Part shown: one piece after another, positions 31,846 to 40,905 of the stretch
Layout: every line of letters begins with the position of its first letter
How positions within the stretch are numbered: position 1 is the stretch's first letter
Assembly: GCF_048403405.1 (NCBI RefSeq)
Contig: NZ_CP183129.1
Source: Escherichia coli
Lineage (GTDB): Bacteria > Pseudomonadota > Gammaproteobacteria > Enterobacterales > Enterobacteriaceae
Direction: 5' to 3' (one strand)
Length of the DNA stretch: 64,000 nucleotides
Translations under genes and position numbers: made by a program
Notes under the pieces: model-generated
What the model saw: the letters and a program-made list of their open reading frames with translations, nothing else
What the model was told of the DNA's origin: nothing
Database searches by the model: none

Positions 31846-32763
31846 TTAGCGCTGTTTGTCTGAAACTGGAATAGGCTTCTTCCCAGTTAATCTGTGTATT
31901 ACCAAATACCATCGGTTTAACAAATCGTTGAAAGCGCAATTTGTGTACAGGATAATCCCGGAGTGCATCCAGCCCTTTCTTAAGTTCATCAACTGGTGAG
32001 CTACAAAATTGTGGGTACTGGTTACCATAGCGTGAATACATATCTGAACAAAATTTTTCAATACAGGAACATTCACACCTTTTTCCCTGACAATGCAGTA
32101 GTTGTCGTAAATGTGACGTACCAGAAACTCATCATCCTGTTGTTCGGGATTACGAAGATGTGCTGCTGTTCTTCGCATCATGGAGATGAGCTTTTCAGCC
32201 TGAGTGGATAAAATGGTGGCACAGGGGAATGCTGTTACAGGTGTACCTTTACCCGTTAACTCCGTGACAAGGGAATAAATATCTCTGCTTTCCGGATGTT
32301 CCAGCAGAGTGCTTTCCATCAACTCCAGCTTAATAAATGGACGAAGACAGGGGACTTGTGCAAATGTCTGGGGATAACGTACCGAGATTTCGTTATAACG
32401 ATACTCATCACGTGTTATACGGGCGTTTTCATTATCCAAGCTGAAAATGTCAGAATTATGAATAACATCCGTGATTATTTGCACGATTTCCTTGCGAATT
32501 TTTCTTCTCTTGTCTCTGCCATTTTGCATAAAGTTCTCTGTTGGCACGAGCTTTATATCAATATCTTCTGACATTCTGTTTAGCGAGATACCTGCTTTTG
32601 ATAATGCGGTACCTCCTGCAAACACGAGAGTATGTGTTTCTGGTTTTATTTCTTTTAATAATCTTAAAAGATCAACCACAAAATAATCTTTTTCGACGAT
32701 AGCGACAGATTCAATATCCAGTGCATCGGCAACGTCAGGAAATAATGATGTTAATTCAGGCAT
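31846..32763 (-). CDS. AbiEii-like nucleotidyltransferase toxin (DUF1814 family)
   Basis: 305 aa; FAGGTALSKAGISLNRMSEDIDI matches the pol-beta-type NTase GS...D.D motif typical of AbiEii. Confidence 0.75.
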   Translation of the reverse strand: MPELTSLFPDVADALDIESVAIVEKDYFVVDLLRLLKEIKPETHTLVFAGGTALSKAGISLNRMSEDIDIKLVPTENFMQNGRDKRRKIRKEIVQIITDVIHNSDIFSLDNENARITRDEYRYNEISVRYPQTFAQVPCLRPFIKLELMESTLLEHPESRDIYSLVTELTGKGTPVTAFPCATILSTQAEKLISMMRRTAAHLRNPEQQDDEFLVRHIYDNYCIVREKGVNVPVLKNFVQICIHAMVTSTHNFVAHQLMNLRKGWMHSGIILYTNCAFNDLLNRWYLVIHRLTGKKPIPVSDKQR

Positions 32764-33151
32764 TGATTTTACTTTTCCCTACTATTAACACTCTTTTAAA
32801 TCGAGAAGGTGTTTTTATCCCCAGAGATACAGGAATTTGTGTGGACTGACCTTTATTGTAGCATTCCGTTGCTCCTGCCAGACGGTATCTGATATTCAGG
32901 CGCTCCAGGGCCTCTGTAATTACTGCAGCAGAGCCCCCAGGCGCTGCGGGCATGATTTTCCCAGTGATGATGTTACGACGGGCTTTGGTGTAAACACCAT
33001 AGCCCACTTTCATCAACTTACCTTCGTTTACCAGTGTACGAAGAGCTCTGCCAACCTGATCATAGCCAGCGATATCCCTGAAATCATCCCGGGTGAACAC
33101 ATAACGTTTTGAACGGTTCAGTCGGGACTGAATACGGTCTTTTGTAGTCAT
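32756..33151 (-). CDS. AbiEi-like antitoxin / transcriptional regulator
   Basis: 131 aa; overlaps downstream NTase gene by 8 nt; contains GKLMKVGYGVY motif typical of AbiEi N-terminal domain. Confidence 0.65.
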   Translation of the reverse strand: MTTKDRIQSRLNRSKRYVFTRDDFRDIAGYDQVGRALRTLVNEGKLMKVGYGVYTKARRNIITGKIMPAAPGGSAAVITEALERLNIRYRLAGATECYNKGQSTQIPVSLGIKTPSRFKRVLIVGKSKINA

Positions 33152-33219
33152 GTTTCCTCCGAAAAATTTTCACAATGATAGCAAAAATATGACATGTTTA
33201 ATAGCGGGGCAAGGCCACA

Positions 33220-34065
33220 TTACCTGTCTGCTAATACATTTGGATAGTGCCTGGCAATTATGTCATTTAGCCTGTCAACCAGTTCTGGTTTCCTGAACGT
33301 GATGTGTGCGGAGCCCTTCTTAAAGTATCTGATGCTGAACATTTCGTCTTCATAGCGCTCTTTACCCTGAACGGACTGGATGTGACCATCCAGACGAATA
33401 GTGATGTTTTCCCGGTTGTCGGGAATCGGTTTGTCGCTGAACAGATGTAGCATTCTTTCCAGATCGGCGAGTCGGTCAGTCTGTTGTCCGGTGATAAGAT
33501 GAAATCTCCACCGGTCCCATCTCACCAGATTGTTGATAATGATTTTACTTCCAAATTTACAGGGAGAGTTGGTTTTATAATTCCAGCTCAGTCCCCTGAA
33601 GACGTTGATCACTCCCCGCTCAAACACCTCATCCTTGTTCTGGTGCAGTTGTTTAAATGTGCTCAGAATGTTCGCTTCGCTGATTTCCGGAAAATTATCG
33701 TACTCCAGTGACCGGTACCATGTATCACGGGCCTGCGCATCCATTAAGGAAAGCATCCTGGAACGTTGCATCAGGTCACGCCAGATTTCACGGTCAAGGT
33801 TGCGGGTGATGGCTTTCATTGCCGTTTCAGGTTTCTCCATGAGCCAGCAGCCGCAGCGAAAATCCTGTTTCATGGCCCAGTCCCGGGTGGTTTTACCTCC
33901 AATGCTTTCCGTCAGAACTGAGATTTCAGCCAGTTGCCGGATAAGTGTGTCGATTTGCAGCAGTGTACTTTTTCGTACAGCCAGAATGTGGTGGATACTG
34001 GTTGAGCAGATAACTTCCGTATGCCCGTTGACCACTTCCGGACGGGAGGCTGTGATATCAGACAT
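33220..34065 (-). CDS. Hypothetical protein, 281 aa, unknown function
   Basis: Long ORF immediately upstream of and co-directional with the abiEi/abiEii pair; no recognisable motif. Confidence 0.5.
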   Translation of the reverse strand: MSDITASRPEVVNGHTEVICSTSIHHILAVRKSTLLQIDTLIRQLAEISVLTESIGGKTTRDWAMKQDFRCGCWLMEKPETAMKAITRNLDREIWRDLMQRSRMLSLMDAQARDTWYRSLEYDNFPEISEANILSTFKQLHQNKDEVFERGVINVFRGLSWNYKTNSPCKFGSKIIINNLVRWDRWRFHLITGQQTDRLADLERMLHLFSDKPIPDNRENITIRLDGHIQSVQGKERYEDEMFSIRYFKKGSAHITFRKPELVDRLNDIIARHYPNVLADR

Positions 34066-34348
34066 AATCGATATTTATATGAACGCATCCCGTTTGCAAA
34101 GGCATCCATTGTTCTGACATCGACGGTAGGTTGCAGCTTTATATCCGGCTTTATTGCAGCCCGGAAGCTGCGAGCCCCTATGTAATTCGCCGACTCACGC
34201 CTCATTTCCTCTGCGGGCTTTAGGCCCAATCGATTATCCAGGTTTAGTGAGTCACGGTCTTACCTGTCTTTGTCATCACGCTGGCTGCCAGAGCAACCTT
34301 TCTGCATTCACCCTTTTGTAAAGAGTTTATGTTTATCGGTATCAGCGA

Positions 34349-35368
34349 TTAATCAGGCCTGATACTGACATGATTTTTGTCGTATTTACGTCCGTGAGCG
34401 GCTATTGCCCACACCGTTCGCGCCAGCTTGTTTGCCATTGCGACGATTGCCACGCTGGCCGGACGACGCTTTTTCAGTTCGGTTATCCATGGACCAGGTT
34501 CTTTGGTCAGTAATGCTGCCGCCCTTGCACCATGAATAAACAGGGTTCGCAGATATTTATCACCACGTTTGCTTATTCCCAGCAGGCGGATTTTTCCTCC
34601 TGAGCCTGTCTGTCTGGGCACCAGACCGATAAACGCGGCGAATTCCCGTCCCGACTTAAAGGCGGAGGCGTCTCCCATCGTGGCAACGGCAGCGGTGGCG
34701 ATTAACGGCCCCACGCCTGGGATGTTCAGTAACCGCTGACAGGTTTCATTCTGTCTGGCTATCGCCTGCAACTGCTTCTCAATGTGGTCAAGATGTTCAT
34801 CAAGTTCAGTAATTCGCTGATATTGTTCATCCAGCATGTTTATCAGGTAGAGCGGTAGCCGCTCCTTCAGACGCTCCAGGGCTTCCGGCACCTCCTTCGC
34901 CAAAGCAGCACGCCCCTTGTGCGTCGTTTCACCAAATTCCAGCAAGAGACTGTGAAGCGCGTTTATCTGTGCTGTCCTGAACTTCACCAGTTGCTGGCGC
35001 ATTCGGTGTAACCCCAGCGTGGCCTGTTGCTCCTCGCTTTTAACGGCGACGGATTTTACCGGCTGCTGAACCGCCAGCCAGATGGCTCGGGCGTCCATCA
35101 CATCGTTTTTATTTCCCATCACGAATGCTTTGACGAACCGGCCTTTGAGTAATCTGACCTTATGTCCCAGTTTCTGAAGCTCACGCGCCCAGTGATGAGA
35201 ACCCCCACAGGCCTCCATGCCGATAAGGCAGGGTTCACGGTTGCTGAAATATTCAAGGAATTTCTCACGCTTAACCTGCTTATCGATAATCTCTACGGTA
35301 TGTTCATCAACGAAATGCACCTGCATAAGATGTTTTGCAATATCAACGCCGACAGGGATATATTTCAT
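34349..35368 (-). CDS. IS110-family (DEDD) transposase/recombinase
   Basis: 339-aa product from MKYIPVGVDIAKHLMQV; characteristic GVDIAK N-terminus and C-terminal Tnp domain. Confidence 0.85.
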   Translation of the reverse strand: MKYIPVGVDIAKHLMQVHFVDEHTVEIIDKQVKREKFLEYFSNREPCLIGMEACGGSHHWARELQKLGHKVRLLKGRFVKAFVMGNKNDVMDARAIWLAVQQPVKSVAVKSEEQQATLGLHRMRQQLVKFRTAQINALHSLLLEFGETTHKGRAALAKEVPEALERLKERLPLYLINMLDEQYQRITELDEHLDHIEKQLQAIARQNETCQRLLNIPGVGPLIATAAVATMGDASAFKSGREFAAFIGLVPRQTGSGGKIRLLGISKRGDKYLRTLFIHGARAAALLTKEPGPWITELKKRRPASVAIVAMANKLARTVWAIAAHGRKYDKNHVSIRPD

Positions 35369-35580
35369 GGTGTGGATCCTCCAGTCTGTTGGGAGCGAAA
35401 CGCATCCCGTTGGGCACGATGATGCCGGAAATCTGCGGGGATCCACACTCATCTACTTAATCCCCGAGCGGCTCATTTCATAATGTTGGGATGCGTTCAT
35501 TACATTTCCTTTTTGCAGATAAATGAAAACGCCAGCCCTGTTCAGGCTGGCGTCAGTGGAATAAAGTCTGGTGAGTAAGA
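35369..35580 (-). ncRNA. Putative IS110-family leader ncRNA (bridge-RNA-like) region
   Basis: Non-coding leader upstream of the recombinase with inverted repeat GTGTGGATCC...GGATCCACAC and repeated GAACGCATCCC motifs; assignment is by analogy only. Confidence 0.3.
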
Positions 35581-35581
35581 C

Positions 35582-35782
35582 TCACCTGTTCTGTTGCAGA
35601 AGCTGCTGTTGGCGCAGGGTACGGATATCTTCCCTGGCCTGTTTAATGCAGGGCAGCAGTGCTGCTGAATCCGTTTTATCCTCATCGTTGTCGAAGATAA
35701 TCCCTGATTCGCAGTCAATATTGTCCTGCAGCCACGCAATCAGAATATCCAGCGCTGTTTCCGTGGTTAATGATTTCATGTT
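35582..35782 (-). CDS. Small hypothetical protein (66 aa) downstream of yeeW-like gene
   Basis: ORF from MKSLTTETALDILIAWLQ; compact spacing in operon. Confidence 0.4.
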   Translation of the reverse strand, partial: NMKSLTTETALDILIAWLQDNIDCESGIIFDNDEDKTDSAALLPCIKQAREDIRTLRQQQLLQQNR

Positions 35783-35795
35783 GTGAATTTCCGGG

Positions 35796-36284
35796 TTACC
35801 AGTCGAAAGTGGGTAAATCCGGCAGGCATTCAGCGCTGGCATCCAGATGAATGAGACTGACGCCATAACGTCGGGTAAGTGTGACAACCAGACGGCGGAA
35901 CGTTTTTGACAGCCCCAGGCGTTTAAGCCGCAGAACCGGGTATGACCACGCATCGGTACGTAACAGATATCCGCTACCTGTAAAATGAATCCATTCTGAT
36001 TCGCCGGTGTCATTCGTCTGATGCGACAGCGAGTACAGCCAGGCGTTGTCTGTTTCCGTGATATGCGCGGTACTACAGCGTATACCGCTCAGGGCAGCAG
36101 AGGGGGGGGTGCTGTCTGTTGAGGTCCGGTCAGATTCATCAACAACACGAAGGGAGTAGCCATTATCGCAGACCACGTTAATCAGTTCGGCAAGCTCAAC
36201 ACCATCGACGTCAACGACAATTCGCCCCATGTTCAGTGCCTGTACGTTAACGCTGTCAGCTTCCAGCGTCAGGGCCAGTTTCAT
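35796..36284 (-). CDS. YeeW-like protein
   Basis: 162-aa ORF overlapping cbtA stop by 4 nt; position matches yeeW downstream of cbtA in CP4-type modules. Confidence 0.5.
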   Translation of the reverse strand: MKLALTLEADSVNVQALNMGRIVVDVDGVELAELINVVCDNGYSLRVVDESDRTSTDSTPPSAALSGIRCSTAHITETDNAWLYSLSHQTNDTGESEWIHFTGSGYLLRTDAWSYPVLRLKRLGLSKTFRRLVVTLTRRYGVSLIHLDASAECLPDLPTFDW

Positions 36285-36658
36285 CGTTTTGCCTCCGGAT
36301 GCTTGCCCTGGGTAATGTTATTTACCATTCTGTAATTGTTCCGGGTCATCAGGCCGGTCGCCCTGCGAGCCCGGAGAATATCAATGCTGTTGATTAACTG
36401 CGACGGGGCTCCTGCGCTGAATCCCGGCTGGTCGGTACGTACCAGCGCGTATTTTTCAACGAGAAAGTTCACCGCGTCACACAGTGAAATCCCTGCCTCA
36501 ATATGCTGCTCAATCACACGTTCATCAGCGAACGGTGTGTCATTCAGCGTGAGGCCATAGTGCTGGTCCAGCAGTTGGGTGAGCAGTGTCTGCCAGATGG
36601 TGACGGGAGACGGGCAGCGCGATGCCGCCCGTACGTGTGTGTCGGGTAATGTTTTCAT
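36281..36658 (-). CDS. cbtA: CbtA/YeeV-family toxin (cytoskeleton-binding toxin)
   Basis: 125-aa product from [27 protein letters not shown], matches recalled CbtA family sequence. Confidence 0.8.
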   Translation of the reverse strand: MKTLPDTHVRAASRCPSPVTIWQTLLTQLLDQHYGLTLNDTPFADERVIEQHIEAGISLCDAVNFLVEKYALVRTDQPGFSAGAPSQLINSIDILRARRATGLMTRNNYRMVNNITQGKHPEAKR

Positions 36659-36734
36659 ACTGAAGATTTTCCTGATATGCAGATATAAGAAATGGAAAAG
36701 TGGCGTGGAGAAAGCACCAGGCCGGAGCAGAAGA

Positions 36735-37115
36735 CTATTCCGGAGGGTTACTTTCCGTTTCGGTCGCAGGATAAACAGCCAGATAAACGTAACCACAGGA
36801 CCCGAGGGTGTCGGCATCGCAGGTCAGCCCTTTCGCATACAGCGTGACGGTATGCTGATGGCGGGGATTCAGTTCACCGCTGGTGAGCATGAGTTCCAGT
36901 TGTTTCATCAGCAGTGGAAAAGCCTGGTCCAGATGGTATGCATCCGCATTGCTGAACCGGCCCCTGATACCGGCGCGGTCGGCAAGGTAATGCAACCGGT
37001 TACCCTCCTGCACCAGACGGGCGCCAAAACAAGGTGTCACGGCGCAGGGCAGCCCCCACCAGGGGAGGTCTTTGTTGTCGTCGGGAAGCGTTGTTCCGGG
37101 GAGTGTGTCCGACAT
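36735..37115 (-). CDS. cbeA: CbeA/YeeU-family antitoxin
   Basis: 126-aa product from [23 protein letters not shown], matches recalled CbeA family sequence. Confidence 0.8.
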   Translation of the reverse strand: MSDTLPGTTLPDDNKDLPWWGLPCAVTPCFGARLVQEGNRLHYLADRAGIRGRFSNADAYHLDQAFPLLMKQLELMLTSGELNPRHQHTVTLYAKGLTCDADTLGSCGYVYLAVYPATETESNPPE

Positions 37116-37164
37116 GATAAAATCCTCACAGAAAATCGGTGAATGATAGTTTAACGATGACGGG

Positions 37165-37809
37165 TCAGCCGGCGCGCAGACCGGCTTCGGTGAAGGTATA
37201 TTCGTTGATGAGAAGGGCCTCATCCACAGCGGTGTCTGAGGTCAGCCAGTCGTACTTGTTTTCCAGCTGGCGGTACAGCCAGAAGGCCAGGTCGCGCAGG
37301 GCTTCGCTGACAGCGGCTTCCGCATCGGTTGTCATTGCCTGACCAGTCGGACTGTTCCGGGTAACAGTGATATCCATGCTGTACGGATGGCAGTAACGTC
37401 CCCGGTGACTGATTTCAGCCTGAAGCTGCCAGAAGTTACGTTTCTGCACCGCCTGCAGGGTATCAGCAATACGATGAAGCTCACGCTCCTGCGGTGCATG
37501 CTCCCTGATTCTCCGGGCTGTTGCAGACTGCCAGTGCCAGCGTCCTTCAAAACAGGCTCCGTCCCCCTGGCTGCAGAATCCGCTGAACCAGATGCACGGC
37601 TCTTCCATAAACCTGCCATTGCTGAGCCGGAAAACGCGCTGGCGGAGGTCAATCCCGAAAATGCCACAGACCTCCCTGAAGTCTTCATACACGTTTTCAT
37701 ACCAGTTGCTGTCAGCATGATGCTGACGGTACCAGTCGCGGGCTTTTCCCCGTGCCGGGCAGGAAAGTTCATCCAGCGTATACACTGTGATGGTGATAAT
37801 GCTGCTCAT
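37165..37809 (-). CDS. Hypothetical protein, 214 aa, between DUF987 gene and cbeA
   Basis: ORF tightly packed between neighbours (19-bp and 50-bp gaps); Trp/Cys-rich; not part of the canonical module as I recall it. Confidence 0.45.
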   Translation of the reverse strand: MSSIITITVYTLDELSCPARGKARDWYRQHHADSNWYENVYEDFREVCGIFGIDLRQRVFRLSNGRFMEEPCIWFSGFCSQGDGACFEGRWHWQSATARRIREHAPQERELHRIADTLQAVQKRNFWQLQAEISHRGRYCHPYSMDITVTRNSPTGQAMTTDAEAAVSEALRDLAFWLYRQLENKYDWLTSDTAVDEALLINEYTFTEAGLRAG

Positions 37810-37827
37810 CAGAATGCCTTTACTGAC

Positions 37828-38049
37828 TCAGTTCAGAGTGACGCTCATCAGCCGGACATACGGGCCAAAACTGTCCTTACGACGTTCAGCAAACACGGCC
37901 AGCACACCGGGAATATCCTGCACTTCACGACCGGTATACGCTTCAGTGCTGCCGTGCCAGCGGTATTTGCCGGTACAGAACGGGAAAAGACGGGATGTCG
38001 GATGTTGTTGGTGAATACGCATGGCTTCACCACGAGTGATAATTTTCAT
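37828..38049 (-). CDS. DUF987 (YeeT-like) protein
   Basis: 73-aa ORF MKIITRGEAMRIHQQHPTSRLFPF, matches YeeT/YkfH-like proteins. Confidence 0.7.
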   Translation of the reverse strand: MKIITRGEAMRIHQQHPTSRLFPFCTGKYRWHGSTEAYTGREVQDIPGVLAVFAERRKDSFGPYVRLMSVTLN

Positions 38050-38111
38050 AATGGGATACCTCTGAAGACAGAAGATAAAAGTGAAAACAGGTGTGATGTG
38101 GTTGTGACGGG

Positions 38112-38588
38112 TTAAAGCAGACCATGTTCGGCAAAGGAGAAAACCTGGTTGCCACCGACTATCAGATGGTCCGGCACCCGGATATCCACCAGGCCCAGTG
38201 CCTGTACCAGACGTTCGGTGATAAGCCGGTCTGCCTTACTGGGTGTGACTTCACCGGACGGGTGATTGTGCGCCAGCACCACGGCAGCGGCATTGTGGTA
38301 CAGGGCGCGTTTAATCACTTCCCGGGGATGGACTTCCGTGCGGTTGATGGTGCCGGTGAAGAGGGTTTCACCGGCAATCAGCTGATTCTGGTTATTCAGA
38401 TACAGCACCCGGAACTCTTCACGCTCCAGTCCCGCCATGTTCAGAATCAGCCATTCCCGTGCCGCACGGGTGGAGGTGAAGGCCACGCCGGGTTCATGAA
38501 GATGGCGGTCCAGGGTTTTCAGAGCCCGCAGAATGAGACTGCGCTCGCCGGGCGTCATTTCTCCGGGCAGAAAGGAAAGCTGCTGCAT
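38112..38588 (-). CDS. RadC-like JAB-domain protein (YeeS/YkfG-like)
   Basis: 158-aa product; HNHPSGEVTPSKAD JAMM/MPN-type motif. Confidence 0.8.
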   Translation of the reverse strand: MQQLSFLPGEMTPGERSLILRALKTLDRHLHEPGVAFTSTRAAREWLILNMAGLEREEFRVLYLNNQNQLIAGETLFTGTINRTEVHPREVIKRALYHNAAAVVLAHNHPSGEVTPSKADRLITERLVQALGLVDIRVPDHLIVGGNQVFSFAEHGLL

Positions 38589-38603
38589 TGTCCCTGCCTC
38601 CAT

Positions 38604-39089
38604 TCAGTCGATGATGCGCATAATGGCGCTGCATTCCGGATGCTGCAGGGCGTAATCCCGCAGCCGGTAATAATGGACCGTCATGGCATAACACTCCGTA
38701 CGACAGGCGTGATGACTGTACGTCATCAGACAGGCAGCAATGCCAGCGGCTTCCGGGCTCATTTCAGCGTGGTTGCCGTTCATGGCATTGAACAGTACCC
38801 ATGTTTCGTCATCATCGTCATCCGGTTCGGGGGCCATAAATGCCCCGCCGTTGTTCAGGGTGTACAGATTCCAGATACCACCGCAGTAGTCTTCGCACAG
38901 ACGGTCCATCCAGCCGAAAACACGGGGCTCCAGGGCCACCCACTGTGGAATGAGGCCAAAATGCTGCGGCCAGAAGCTGATGCGCTGTTCATCAGGGACT
39001 ATGGTGGCAACCAACTGAGGCTGGTCATTCCCTGATGCAGCGGTTACGGAAACAGAAGATGTGGTGGAATTATGTGAAATGGTTTTCAT
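38604..39089 (-). CDS. Antirestriction protein (ArdB/KlcA-like, YfjX/YafX-like)
   Basis: 161 aa; acidic stretch PEPDDDDDETW; position upstream of radC-like gene. Confidence 0.65.
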   Translation of the reverse strand: MKTISHNSTTSSVSVTAASGNDQPQLVATIVPDEQRISFWPQHFGLIPQWVALEPRVFGWMDRLCEDYCGGIWNLYTLNNGGAFMAPEPDDDDDETWVLFNAMNGNHAEMSPEAAGIAACLMTYSHHACRTECYAMTVHYYRLRDYALQHPECSAIMRIID

Positions 39090-39143
39090 GAAATGACTCC
39101 TTAAAGGACAAATAAATGCGTGGTTTTCAGGGTAATGGCTGAA

Positions 39144-39962
39144 TCAGCGCAGGCTCTCCAGCAGGGTTTCCGCCATCACCCACAATGCGCGGTTGAGCTT
39201 AATGTCAGTGTCAATGCTGTGAATGGCACGGGTATGGATACGTTTTCCTTTAGCGCTGCGACCTGAAATTCCGCCTTTCAGCATATTCTCCTGAATGGTC
39301 TGATAAGCACTCCACAGGTCCTTACCGTAATCCTCCCGGCGTCGTGGCGTCAGAATGTCGGCGGTGGTGACGGGCTGATGTTCGTCACCATAACGGTAAG
39401 TCAGTGCCGCCTGTGCCAGCGCCTGGCGTGCCGGTGGCGGCAGAATCAGCGACTGTATGGCATCACGCTTTTCCTCAATCCGGTCAAACACGCCCACTAC
39501 CTCGTAAGCCCCTTCAATGACTCTGTCCACCACATTTCCCCGGTGCGGAACACGCACTTCCCCCAGAGACTGACCACAGACGCACCCGTTCTGGCAGACG
39601 AACCTGAAGTAACCCGGCAGCATCTGGTAGCTGGAGGTACCGTCATGAGAGTTGAGCAGAATAATTTCAGGGACATGTTCTCCGTTTATCTCTCCGGCCC
39701 GCCGCAGACGCAGCATGTGTTTTGTGTATCCCCGGCGGCCCGGGTCGCGCACACGGGTCTGGCAGGCGAAGAATGGCTGAAAGCCTTCCCGCTGCAGGCT
39801 TTCCAGTACGGTGATGGTGGGGATGTACGTATAGTTCTGGCTTCGGGACGTGTGTTTATCTTCCCCGAAAATCCCCGGCACATAGTGCATCAGTTCTTCG
39901 TGTGTCAGCGGACGGTCACGGCGTATCTGGTTCGCATAACCAAAACGACTGGCTAGTCGCAT
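39144..39962 (-). CDS. DUF932 protein (YfjQ/YafZ-like)
   Basis: 272-aa ORF; position and size match DUF932 genes of CP4-type islands. Confidence 0.65.
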   Translation of the reverse strand: MRLASRFGYANQIRRDRPLTHEELMHYVPGIFGEDKHTSRSQNYTYIPTITVLESLQREGFQPFFACQTRVRDPGRRGYTKHMLRLRRAGEINGEHVPEIILLNSHDGTSSYQMLPGYFRFVCQNGCVCGQSLGEVRVPHRGNVVDRVIEGAYEVVGVFDRIEEKRDAIQSLILPPPARQALAQAALTYRYGDEHQPVTTADILTPRRREDYGKDLWSAYQTIQENMLKGGISGRSAKGKRIHTRAIHSIDTDIKLNRALWVMAETLLESLR

Positions 39963-40062
39963 AATTTGCTCCTTATCGGTGGTTAAGATTTACTGGTGTA
40001 ATAAATGAAAAAAGCCGCGTCTCCCGGAGAAGACGCGGCCTGATGGATGAAATCAATGAGGT

Positions 40063-40296
40063 TTATTGTCTGAGAAGCCCTCCACTGGCGAGCCACGCAT
40101 TAAGCTGTTTTCCGGCATCAGCTTCAGAGTTCCGGCAGCGCCAGCGTCGCTGACCTTCCGCGTTGCGGATAACCCGACGGAAATGCATTCCCGGGTCATC
40201 CTGGATAAACACATTGCGGTAAGCGGTTATGACAGCAACCGCCTGCCCGTATGAGAAAGATCCTTCAGCCAGGACATACTCTGTGTAACCCGGCAT
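40063..40296 (-). CDS. DUF905 protein (YkfF-like)
   Basis: 77-aa [31 protein letters not shown]. Confidence 0.6.
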   Translation of the reverse strand: MPGYTEYVLAEGSFSYGQAVAVITAYRNVFIQDDPGMHFRRVIRNAEGQRRWRCRNSEADAGKQLNAWLASGGLLRQ

Positions 40297-40374
40297 ATCT
40301 GTTTTCTCCTGATAAATAAAAAGCCTCTGCCACGCGTTGTGACAGAGGCTGAAGCATGAAACTGACTTCAGGGA

Positions 40375-40830
40375 TCAGTTAACGTTTTTTCCGGAAACGG
40401 TAATCAGCAGTGGATGGTAGTCCTGGGGATCGAAAACCGATAACGGCAGACTGACACGATGGCCGTTACTTTCTTCAGTTGCTTTAATGATTTCGGTTGT
40501 GGCGACATTTTCCACGCACTCCGTTTCCAGAAATGCGTCTGTGGTTCGCGTGGCATTACTGTCACCAAAGGCTTCCGTTTCCATTTTTCTGGTCACCAGC
40601 GTCTGACCATATTTGTCTTTGAGTTGCAGAGTGATGGTGAGGGGGCCAAATCCTTCATCGTTTCCGCCATTATCCAGCCGGAACTGGTAAGCACAAATAT
40701 TTCCCGGGAGCCATATCGTATCTGTATTGCGTATACTGATGTAACGTTGATCCTGTGCCCGGAGTGGGGCAGACCACGTTAACCCCAGAATGAAGGCGGT
40801 AATCATGCAGGTTTTGAACAGGTGAATCAT
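40375..40830 (-). CDS. Hypothetical secreted/periplasmic protein, 151 aa
   Basis: N-terminal signal-peptide-like segment MIHLFKTCMITAFILGLTWSAPLRAQ. Confidence 0.45.
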   Translation of the reverse strand: MIHLFKTCMITAFILGLTWSAPLRAQDQRYISIRNTDTIWLPGNICAYQFRLDNGGNDEGFGPLTITLQLKDKYGQTLVTRKMETEAFGDSNATRTTDAFLETECVENVATTEIIKATEESNGHRVSLPLSVFDPQDYHPLLITVSGKNVN

Positions 40831-40905
40831 GGTATTTACCTCTCTGAGTCATGACGATGACACTGACAAATCAGGTGATAAAACGTAAAAGGCGCAGAAT
40901 AGCCG

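Larger units (their letters stand above)
34340..35580 (-). mobile_element. IS110-family insertion sequence (boundaries approximate)
   Basis: Single DEDD-type transposase ORF plus about 210-bp structured leader; IS110-family elements lack terminal inverted repeats so ends are not resolved. Confidence 0.6.

Noticed and set aside
37387..39035. Long plus-strand ORFs (242 aa and 303 aa)
   Set aside because: They lie antisense to tightly packed, recognisable minus-strand island genes and have no motif support; typical GC-rich antisense open frames.
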